A stretch of 63,808 nucleotides of DNA, the filler included, from Octopus bimaculoides (taxonomy: Eukaryota): NCBI RefSeq assembly GCF_001194135.2. It is 5 parts of 5 records of this genome, joined end to end, with 100 filler letters (N's around TTAATTAATTAA, not from the genome) between each part and the next. Parts side by side here need not be neighbours in the genome. Positions count along the whole stretch, not along the records: positions 1 to 22,221 come from NC_068999.1; 4 more parts are not named here. The stretch is one strand, 5' to 3'. Within the stretch, counting starts at the first letter, position 1, and every line of letters starts with the position of its first letter. A program made the position numbers and the translations under genes. Below the pieces are notes generated by a model. It made no database searches. It was not told the DNA's origin and saw only the letters and a list, made by a program, of their open reading frames with translations. Positions 1 through 11,715 of the stretch are shown here, piece by piece.

Positions 1-103
1 ATAAACAAAATAATTAATTAATCTAGTGGAAATCCACAGGAGAGCAATAAAAATAGAAAATTTAGGAGTTATCTCCCCTATAATAACAAAGACGAAATCT
101 AAC

Positions 104-284
104 GAGATTCTAAGGATTTAATAATAGTTATGTATGTGTTTTTTCGTGTTTTGTTCGAATGGTAACCACTCCTGAAGAAGTGCCAAATGTCTAAATCCAA
201 TGGACCAGTCACTGGATAAGTTTGGCACAGAAATGTTAACAGAGTGGTGAATAAATCGATATATCGAGTTTGAAGTCTCTGTCT
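104..284 (-). CDS. PELP1: PELP1 exon 17 ((RQ)RLQTRYIDLF...YHSNKTRKNTYITIIKSLES)
   Basis: Phase-0 acceptor, exon starting at 284 or 278; YHSNKTRKNTYITII resembles recalled YTSSRCRRELYCLLL. Probable donor C|GTTAGA at 103; otherwise the frame stops at TAG 99-101. Confidence 0.7.
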
Positions 285-319
285 CTTTTGAATATGAAAA
301 TTTAAAAGTTTAAAAACCT

Positions 320-353
<34 letters not shown>

Positions 354-734
354 ATCATCATTTAATTTCCGTCTTCCATGCTGGCATGGGTTGGATGGTT
401 TGACAGAGTTGGCCAGGCACCTAATATCCACCATCAAGTAGAGTGGATAGAGTGCTTTTTATGTGGCACAAGCACAGGCAAGGTTAGTTTAGGCATGGTT
501 CTTACAGCTGGATGCCCTTTCAAATGCCAACCACTTTACAGTGTGGACTGGATGCTTTTTATTTGGCACCAGCACTGGCAGGGTAACCAAGTAACTTGCA
601 AGACAAAGAATTTTGAGAGGAAAGGTGGCATTGGGGAAGGTGATTTTGTGTCAGATGAAAGGTTCGAGTGTAATGGAGACAGAGAAGCAGAAACAAGTGT
701 CTTGCTGTAGAAGAGGTACATGGTTACCCAGCGA

Positions 735-767
<33 letters not shown>

Positions 768-2935
768 TGTGTGTGTGTGTGTGATCAAGATAGATATATA
801 TATATATATATATATATATATCTAACATAGAAAAATGGAATAAACAGAACAAGAGGAGCCATGTGGGATAGGGAGTAGCTGAAGTGGTCACAGAATGTGT
901 GACAAAAAACTAAAATGATAAGGATTGATGACAGGACCCAACAACAACATGAACTACTGTAATAACTTACATTTAAGAATTTTGCATTTATCCTTGGACC
1001 AGTAGTGAGGATTATCCAACGCAAGGCTGTAAAAGAAACGGAATTCAATAAATCTGAATGCAAAGTATTCTAAATGAGAACATGGAGCATACAAGGTATA
1101 AGGTGCTTCTGTTGAAGACAGGGTAAAGCTAAGCCAGCAGAGCAGACTGACAAATGTAGCTGAGAGAGAAAGAGTGGCATGAACTTCAGTACTTGACTTC
1201 ATTTATCAACTGTGATGATCAGGTAAGAAAACAATACAAGGACTTACCTGTAAGAGCTTTGACAGCTAAATCTCCTTCTGTGGTGTTCTGACTTTTCAAT
1301 GGATTTGGTCGACCTTTTTTATTGGTGTTGAGCAGCTGGTGATGAAATGAAAAACAAATGTTAACTAAACACAACATCACCACAGGAGACATACATTCAG
1401 CAGTGTTGTCTAAACATAATATTCAGGCAAAGCATGACAGAGATGGACTACCCACAACATATATAGGCAGATATAACACCATTACACATGAAGACTAATA
1501 CAACACCACTTGAGAGAGAGAGAAAAAGAAGAGAGTACCAGGACAAACCCAGCCACATGCTATCTCACCTTCATTGTTGATTCTTCAATGTTGATATCTC
1601 GAAGTATATGACTAATGAGAAATGTTGTGAAGCCCTGTCTATCAACTGCACTCTTCAGAACTTGTAGATAGAAGGCAAGGCAGGAATATATTTCAGCTTT
1701 TGTGTTCCTTGAAAAGTGAAAATATACAGAATTAAATAAAGCAAGAACGTTACTGGTTATTTTCTAATGGAAGTGGACAAAATCAATGAAAATGAACACA
1801 ATTACGATGTGTTTTTAGCCTATGAATATGAACTATCATTGTCTTCCTGTTTTTTTATCCTAATTCCACTCAAATTTATGCTGGCTTACTTTATTGACCC
1901 TACGAGGATGAGAGGTAAGTGAAGTTCAATGGAATTTGGACTTAGAATATCAAGAGCCACAACCAAACTACAGCCATTTTATTAGACATCCTAATGATTC
2001 TGGAAAAAAAAAATGAAATCATCACCCATTTGATGCAAGCAGGAAACACACCATTAACAGTAGGGACTGAACCTGGGAATGTTAGCAAACACATTAATCT
2101 GTCAAATAATTACATCACTGCCACAGAAGGTACAAAAGATAGTAATGAAAAAGATTGATGACAAGCGTCACAGTTGACTGAACGACCCACCTGTATACTA
2201 ATATTGTTGTGTCACTTTTGGTGCCAACAGCTTTGTTCAGGAATTTTGTGAACAAATCATTAACTATGAGAGTGAATGGTGCCAACAGACTTCGGATACT
2301 GAAAAAGACAAATGAAAACAAATTCTATAGAAACAAGAAGACAATCTAGGATTCAGAGAATGAATAAATCATGAATTATTATTTTGGATAAAACATGTGG
2401 CTGTTTCCACTGCTCCACCTTTCTATGCCCGCACAGTTCAAACACACTTCCTATAGCCAACCATCACCTGTTTCCAAGTAAGGTAATATTCTTGCATAGC
2501 TAGACATGTTTTCAAAAATTGGAAATGAAGGATACTGCAGTGTGACAGTGACACTTGTTTACAACCATAATGCACTGACTAGAATATGAGAGAGCAACAC
2601 ACACACATATGCATACATATATGACAGACTACTTTCAGTTTGCATCTACCAAACCCACTCTCAAGGCTCTGGACAGCTTGTGCCTATAACAGAAAACACT
2701 TGCCTAAGATGCCATGCAGTGGCCATGTGGATGGGGAGCAAAAATATATATATATATACATGTGTATGTATCTATATAGGAACAAATGTGGCTGTGGTAA
2801 GAAGCTTGCTTTCCAATCTCATGGTTCTGGGTTCAGTCCCACTGTGTGGCACCATGGGCAAGTGTCTTCTACTATAGCCTCGAGCTGACCAAAGCCTTGT
2901 GAGTGCACTTGGTAGATGGAAACTGTATGTGTGTA

Positions 2936-2973
<38 letters not shown>

Positions 2974-3975
2974 CACACACTTCATGTGTGTGTATAGCTA
3001 GATCTATGTGCGTGTGTGTGTCTGTGTTGTCCCCAACCAGCGCTTGACAACTGGTGTTGGTGTGTTTTTGGCAAGAGAGACTGATAGAATAAGTACTAGG
3101 CTTAAAATAAAAAAAGTCCTGGGGTTGATATGTTTGACTAAAACCCTTCAAGGAAGAGCCCCAGCATAGCTGCATTCAGATGACTGAAACAAGTAAAAAT
3201 ATATATATACATACATATAGTCCCCTCCCATGGAAAGTGGATGTAAAAAGTGATGGTAATGACATACTCGACAAACAAAAAGGTACTTAAACCATGTAGT
3301 AGAATTTATTTATTTATTCAAAGTCGATGATTCACTCCAACACCACTTGTGTGATTATTCAAGTAAAAAAAGTTTTGTCTATTTAGGATGGAGGAGAAAG
3401 AATATGTGAGAGATGTGAATATAAAAAACTTGTGAAGTGTGCACTACACTTATTTCCATCATTTAATGTCCGTTGTCCATGCTGGGGAGCTGCACCAGAT
3501 TCCAGTCTGATCTGGCACGGTTTCTACGGCTGGATGTCCTTCCTGACGCCAATCACTTTACAAATTGTGCTGGGTGCTTTTATATGGCACAGTGCAAGCG
3601 CCGTTACATGTTGCCACATGAGCACTTTTACGTGGAACTGCATGGGCGTTTTTACATGGCACTGCCGCAAGTGCTTCACATCACCAGAAGGATCACTTCT
3701 GCTGCGGAGTATGGGTCTCCTTGAGGACAGGAAGGTGTCAGGTATGTTGGTCTTTTGCCATCTTGCTTGAAAGGTTCAGCGTCCTGAGGTCCNNNNNNNN
3801 NNNNNNNNNNNNNNNNNNNNNNNNNNNNNNNNNNNNNNNNNNNNNNNNNNNNNNNNNNNNNNNNNNNNNNNNNNNNNNNNNNNNNNNNNNNNNNNNNNNN
3901 NNNNNNNNNNNNNNNNNNNNNNNNNNNNNNNNNNNNNNNNNNNNNNNNNNNNNNNNNNNNNNNNNNNNNNNNNNN

Positions 3976-4008
<33 letters not shown>

Positions 4009-6008
4009 AAGGGAGGGAAAAAGAATTTATGATGTCAAAACTTTCACCACAACAATATCATGCAAAACAGAAGATATGCTCAATGTTAGTTTGTAAGACA
4101 AGTAACTTACTGTTTAATGAGACAAGCCAGTAAACTGGTGGCTTGCTGTATTAGGACAGGTTGGTAGGAGGTGTATAATTCTTTACGGAGGGACTGCATT
4201 GACTGTGAATGTTAATGTGAAAAGAATTTGGTGAAACACACTAAACAAGTAAAATGAGTACAAAGACAATTATAAAAAAATATGCCCCCACAAAAAAACC
4301 CTCAAGTAATAGAAATGCCATAAATGAAGTAATTAGTTTAAAATAGGCAGCTTCCATGGATATATAGTTTCATAGCTTACACACATATATACACAGCCTC
4401 ATAGCTTACAAAGATATAACACACACAGACATTTATACAAACATGTTTTTCCCTGCTACCATGGGTGGGATAGGGACTTATTTGAGGAAGATTTTATGTC
4501 TAGATGACCTGTTTCCAAAGGAAGGGACCTTTTATTCCACAAGTTTTCAAAAGTGCACAGTGGCTAATACTATGTTAACAAGAAATCATAACATCATTTC
4601 ATTCAAGCACTGTCAAGTGAAGTGATAGGATATCAACATTCAAACACACTTGTACACACACACACACACGTCTTTGACCGGCTGAGGGCTTTAGCTGGAG
4701 ACATTTGCTCAAAACCACATGGCTGTATGGTTAAGAAACTTCCTTCCCGACCAAGTGGTGTTGGGTTTAGTCCCACAGCCTGGCACCTTAAACAAGTGTC
4801 TTCTACTATAGTCGCAAACTAGCCAAAGCCTTGTGAGTGGATTTGGGTAATAGAACTGACAGAAACCTATCATATATGTATATAAGCAAAATTGAACACA
4901 TCCATAAGGTGTGTGTGTTGTTAGTGTGTGAGTTGGCTGCATTTTAGGCATAAGTATACATTCTCAGTATGCCTGGTGTTATAAACACTTGAAAGTAAGC
5001 CATAGGCAAGTGAGAGAACTCACATCAGATCCCTTCTCAGAGAAACAGACATCAATGTTTTGTCACTGTTGCGGCTTTTTATGGCCTTGTTCGGTACGCA
5101 GCATTGAAAAGTTGCAACAATGATGAAACATTGATGTCTGTCACTCTGAGAAAGGAGCCTAATGTGAGTTGTCTTGCTTGCCTACGACTTACCTTCAGGT
5201 GATTTTAACACCAGGCGCATTGAGAATATATTCTCTTATGCCTAAAATGCAGTCGATCCACAATCTAACAACACACACACACACCTTATGTGTGTGTGTG
5301 TGTGTTAGATTTTGTTCATATACACAGGACAAGCTTTTTTCAGTTTCTGTCCACCAAATCCACTCACAAGGTCTTGGTCGGCCTGAGGTTACAATAGAAA
5401 ACACTTGCCTAGGGTGCCACGTAGTGGGACTGAGCCCAGAACCATGTGGTTGGGAAGCAAACTTCTTACTACACAAATATGTACATTCATATACTGAGAA
5501 CAAGGAAAAATGTTACAGAAAAGAGAGGAAATTAAGTACAAAAAAACATGACTGTACCTTTTTTGAGCCAATGTCAATGAATCGGTGAAAAAGTTGAAGT
5601 ATTCCAAGAATATTAAAACGGAAAGTATCAGAAGACTTCACAGCTGGTTTACTAGAAAAAGCCACAAAATAGAAACAAAGTCACTCATACTGTGAACAAG
5701 GTGTGTGCGGGAGGGAGGGAGACATTAAACAGGTTTCAAACACTGGTTATCTGCACTGGCATGGAGACTTGTCTCTTGTTAAGACCCCAGGCCAGTCCTG
5801 ATTCAGTACATATATTACTTGAGGCATCTAAGCGTCGTAACCATCCGATTTTAGCCAAAAACAATTTATTTTCAATTTGGATAGAATGTTGCATCCTTGA
5901 GTAAAGCATTTCATTTTACATTACTCCAGTACACTCAACTGGAAATGTACACTAGTGGCACTTGATAGTTAATCCTGTGACAGACTAGCATTTAATTCAG
6001 GAGGGAGG

Positions 6009-6047
<39 letters not shown>

Positions 6048-8278
6048 TTGAAAATCTGGATCATTTTTCAGCCACATAAGCCTGTGACAAACTAATAGAT
6101 GTGTCCTTCCTTGCTATTTAAAAAAAAAAAAGCAGGATGTGAATTTTGGGAGGTTTTGCTGGTAATTCTAGACAGTTCAGTGTCCAAGAGAGGCTCCATT
6201 GCTAATGTTTATTGTAGCTAGAGTAGTTAGCAGTAGGGAGGACATTCAGTAGGCTAGTATCTAAACATCAAAAATCTGCCTCCCATTCATATTGACATCC
6301 AACAGTCCACATATTGACAATATTAAAAGCTGACAAATATTAAATGAGAATCAAACATTCTACAATTTAATACTTTTCATGAAGTCTTACTTACTTGATT
6401 AGATTGTCAATACAAGCCATCCCGAATCTAATTTTATAAATAAGAGCTGTTGTTCTTTTGGGCTCCTCAAACTCAGATATAGTTTTTGAAAAATTTGTCA
6501 ACATGGTTGTCATTGCATTGTCCAAAACCAAGGGTTGGAAATCTATAGAAAAAAAGAAAAAATAGTATTTATTTAGAAGATTTCATATAATGAATATTAA
6601 CTCACATTTTCCACCCCTTCACAATGTTTGTCCCATTTTTGTTTCTGACTGCTGAACAGTAGCGCTTGTTCTAACTCAATGTGCTGGAGCTCTATAACTT
6701 GATTTGTGTTGAAAATGATACAATCATGAAGAGGAATGTTTTTGCTTTATTTTGAAATAAAAATCAATGGGGATATGCCAGATAATTGTTATGAAATATA
6801 AAAGTGAAAATTTTATTAACTTTCAGCCATTTTCCAAATGATTAATAAAAAGAAAGTCAAAGTACTCTAGAGTCTTATTACCAATGATTTATAAAACAAC
6901 AAACTAATGTGGTAAAAGTAGTTGATTGGTTAGTGTAATAGTATAACTCTATCAGTCCTGATTTAGTAAAAATATATACAGGGATTATGAAATATCAATA
7001 TGTACAAACCTGAGTCTCCTTCTTCAACAATGAGGTTAAGCAGGTGATGGATGTTGGTGACATGCCACTCTATATTGGTAAATTCAGACTTGACACTGGA
7101 ACGGTGCTCCACTATAGATACTAGCTGAGCAATATGCTAAATATAGAGCATTCAAAAAAACTAGTTAAAGACAGGGAGATGGCGTTGGAGGAAGACAGTG
7201 GAGGAGGGGGATAGAGTGGAAGGGAGACATTGTTACAGAGGTAGTGTTGGAGAAAGATAGTACTGGAGGATGAGAGTGGAGGAGGAGGACAGTGCTGAAG
7301 GGTGACAATGTTGGAGGGAGAGAGTGATGGAGGGTGATAACGTTAGAGGGGGAGAGAGTGCTGAAGAGTGACAGTGTAGGAGGGAGAGAGTGTAGGAGGG
7401 AGAGAGTGCTGGAGAAGGATAGTGTTGGTGGGTGACAGTGTAGGAGAGGACAGTGTTGGAAGAGGACAGTGGTGGGAGAGGATAGTGCTGAAGGGTGTTA
7501 GTGTTGGAGTGGGATAGTATTGGGGGGGTAGAGAGGATTTGGATCAAACAAGCGCTGAGGAATAAAGAAGTACACAGTAAAGCAATGCCGATGTCCATAA
7601 ACTAAAAAGAAAAATAGTTACTAAAGATTACAGATGATGTTTTGTAAAAAATTTGAATTTTAAAACAGAAAGGTGATCAACTAGCTGAGATGTCAGTTGG
7701 ATAGAATGTCTTGGTAGAATTTGTTACAACTCTCTGTGCTATGAGTTCAAATCCCATCGAGGTCAACTTTGCCTTTCATCCTTTCAGAGTTGATAAAAAT
7801 AAGTACTAATTCAGGATGGCAGATTGGTGGAATCGTTAGAGGATTCGGAAAGATGCCTTGCGACACTCATGCTAAACTTTATTGACCCAAGTTGATGGCC
7901 GTTCCCTTGGATACTTATCAGTATCAGATGAAGGGGAGACTTGCATGCAGGGGCAACCTCCAAATCTCCCTTCAAATATTCTGCCTATGTCTATACATAA
8001 ATGGCCAACCTTAACTGATAGAGACCATGTATACACACCTTCTACCTTTCACTTGTTTCAGTCCTTAGACTGCAACCATGCTGGAGCACCGCCATGAAGA
8101 ATCTTTAGTCAAACAAATTGACCCCCAGGACGTTTTTTGTTTCTTTTAAGCCTGGTACTTATTTCACAGGAATTTTTAATGGCCGGATAACTGAAGAGAT
8201 GTTGGCGTGGGTTCCCACCCCGGCATCCGAAACTTGGAGTTTTATCATGGCTACTGAATAAGTGTCACATATTTTTAC

Positions 8279-8309
<31 letters not shown>

Positions 8310-9395
8310 CGTATGCATATATATATATACATACACATACATATAAAAATCATTTTTACAACTCCCACAATTTACTGTATTGTATCATCAAGATGTGTTG
8401 CATGCAACCAATGAAACCTATATGGAAGTGTTCTGTTGTGTCTAATAAAACTGTTTGCTAATAAATTCTGTTGAGTTATCCTTAATTTTCATTTTAAATG
8501 GAATTTTCCAAATTGTAACAGTAATTTATGGACAGCCTGCACACACACACACACAGTGATTAACTGCAGTGTATTAAGTAAAAGTTATTTAACAGAAATA
8601 AATAGCTAGTAGATGTCTGAGTGAGTGTACACACATGTGTGTGCTGCCTGCAGCTGTACAAATAATATAAATATTTACATTGAAAATAAACAGTTTAAAT
8701 GACAAGGGTAGGAGGAGACATTGTTGAAGTATGGTTTACACATACCTTAGCAGGAATGTTCTGGAGAAAAAGTTTATTGATCCAGTCTTCACCTACTTGA
8801 TGCTAAAGAAAGAAAGAAAAAATAATACAAGACAAATATGAGTGTGGTTGATTACATTAACTCATTAGCATTCAGATTATTCAGTGAAATGTAAGGCTTA
8901 TTAATTCATGTCATTTTCAATTAATCATGCATTCTCTTGTAGCTTTCAGACTTTGATGTGATTGTTTAGTTTTGGAATGATGTTGTAGGGTAGGCATGAG
9001 AGACCAGATCTGCCCTGTTTGAACATAAAGAATATAGAATATCAGGCCTGATATGGCTGGTTTGAATGCTAAAGGGTCAATTCTCAGTGTTTATTCTATT
9101 GATGTCAGCAAAAGCAAAGTTGCATTAGGCAGGAACTGAATTCAAAGAAGGGACATAAACCAATACAAGACATTTTTGTCAGCTTTCCAACCAATTCTGC
9201 TAATCCACTGTCATTAGTGTTAGCGAGGGTATATCATAGAAAACTAAAACTGCTTGAGGAGCTCCAGTTAAATGCTTAACAATTAAAATTATATTCAACA
9301 AGTATATACTCTATTTTAGATTTAGAAGTTAATTATTTTTAGAGCCATTATATCTAATAACTATTGAAAGTATCTCTGAAACATTTAGAAAAAAG

Positions 9396-9426
<31 letters not shown>

Positions 9427-11647
9427 ATTGATGTCACAAAATGTATGAATTTCCTTGGATTTAACAAGATGTTCAAGAAGATCCATGCTGTATTCCATTT
9501 TCTTTTAGCTATTACTATGCTGTCTCTTTGAAAAGAGCTGTGGCACTGATGGTCCTTTTTGTCCATTAAAGACAATCTAAGTACCGCATCTGGTTAGTAC
9601 TTCTCCAAGACTCTTCCTTGTGATTTTCAGACTCAAAGAAACTGTCATCATTTCTCACCTAAAAATAACAATACTATACCAATCTTAAAACAGCACTAAC
9701 GAATGGATCCTTTCTAGGTTTCACAGAATATACCTGTTGTTCAATCAACTGAACCTATTCATTGTGTTTCAGCATACGTGACTGAGTATTCCACAGAAAC
9801 ATGTATCCTTAACCCTTTAGCATTCAGATTACTGTGAAATGTAATGCTTGTTTATTCACCTTGTTTAGAATTAATCCCATATGATCTTGTAGCTTTAACA
9901 TTTCGATAGTCTGATTATATATTTTAAGAATGACATTATAGGTTAGGTATGAGAGACTGGATTTGGCTGGTTTGGTCACAAAATAAAGTAGAACATTTAG
10001 GTCAGATATGGCTACTATTCATTGTGTTACATCATATGAGTATTCCATATCCTTAATCGTCAAACAGACTCAGTGTAACATTAACAAAGATGGTCCTTTG
10101 AATTACAAATACAGCCCAACTGATGGGCTGCACTGTTTACACAATTTGACTCACATGTTGGGTGGAATTGAGGTTACAGTAAAAGATGCTTACCCAAAAT
10201 GTCAGGTGAGGTTGATTGTGAAGTGAATTTTTAAAAACTTGGTCATGCCTGCACCCATAAGCATTTTATCCATAAAAAGACAGCAGTGCTGTACCAATCT
10301 TAAAATAGCAATTACTCTACCTACCTTACAGTATCAACACTGTACCATCATAAAATAGTGATACTGTACCCACCTTAATATAGCCACCATAAAAAGCAGC
10401 AATATACCCACCACAAAATAGCAACATTGTACCCACCTTAAAAAGATCAGCAGATTGAGGGAACTTTTCCACACAGTAGGTCAAACTTTGTATTGATTGA
10501 TTTGGACACTGAAAATGTAAAAGAAATAGAAATTTTTTTAAATAAAAAAAAAACAAAAAAAAGTTGATGTCACCCACAATCGAATATTTTCAAGTACATA
10601 CATTGTACATTCACATAACTTATCTAGACAAGCGAAGTTGGTTCCCTTGCATTTGTTCAGCTAATCCTTAAACTCGCCTCATGGTAGTTAACATTTACAC
10701 ATCTACTGAACCATACTCGATTTCTGTGCACTGTCTGCAGATTTCTTCCACATTCAGCAACCATTTAGTATCACACAGATCTTCAACATTTAGCACCAAT
10801 GTCTTAACACTATATAATGTTACTGATCTTCTGCATTCAGTATCAATGTCTTACAACCATGTTATGTTCAGGACTGCCTCATTACTACAGGGTTGGCCAA
10901 AAGTCGCCTGAACATTACACCCCTTACACATACCTTATAGACACTATCATTAATTGCATCACTCAGGTAACATCATCATTTTAACATCCACTTTTTCCAT
11001 GTTTGTATGGGTCAAATGGAATTTATTGAGACAGATTTTCTACAGCTAGATGCCCTTCCTTTTGTCAACTCTCTCTCTCTCACCTGTTTCCATGTAAGGT
11101 AATATTTCACCATGACCTAACATGTTTTCAAGAAGATAAGAAATGAAGGCTATTGCTTGTATGAAGGTGATACTTGCTTACAACTATCATGTGATAGGAG
11201 ACAGTAATACACATACCATCATCATCATTTAATATCTGTTTTCCATGCTGGAAAGGATGGTCTTTTGAGTTACAGATACAGCCCAACTGATGAGCTACAC
11301 TGTTTACACAATTTTACTCACATGTTGAGTGGACTTGAGGGTACAGTAAAAGGTTCTTGTCCAAAATGCAATGAGAGGTCGAGCGATTTGACCAGAGCTG
11401 GTAAGGAAGAGTGTTACATCAAGTTCCAGTGTGATTTGGCTGGATGCCCTTCCTAACACCAACCACTTTACAGTGTGTGCTGGGTGCTTTTAACGTAAAG
11501 CTGGCATGAGCACTTTTATGTAGCACCAGCCGAAGCTTTTTAGGAGGCACCAGCACAGAACTCTTGCAGGCCGATCCTCTTCACCAGGGGATGTGGCCTT
11601 AACACTTCTGCTGTGGAGGACAGGTCTTCTTGAGTACAACACGGTGC

Positions 11648-11715
<68 letters not shown>

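Noticed and set aside
785-1202. Hydrophobic ORFs 785-1063 and 954-1202 resembling membrane or secreted proteins
   Set aside because: They are read-through of PELP1 exon 16 into pyrimidine-rich intron sequence.
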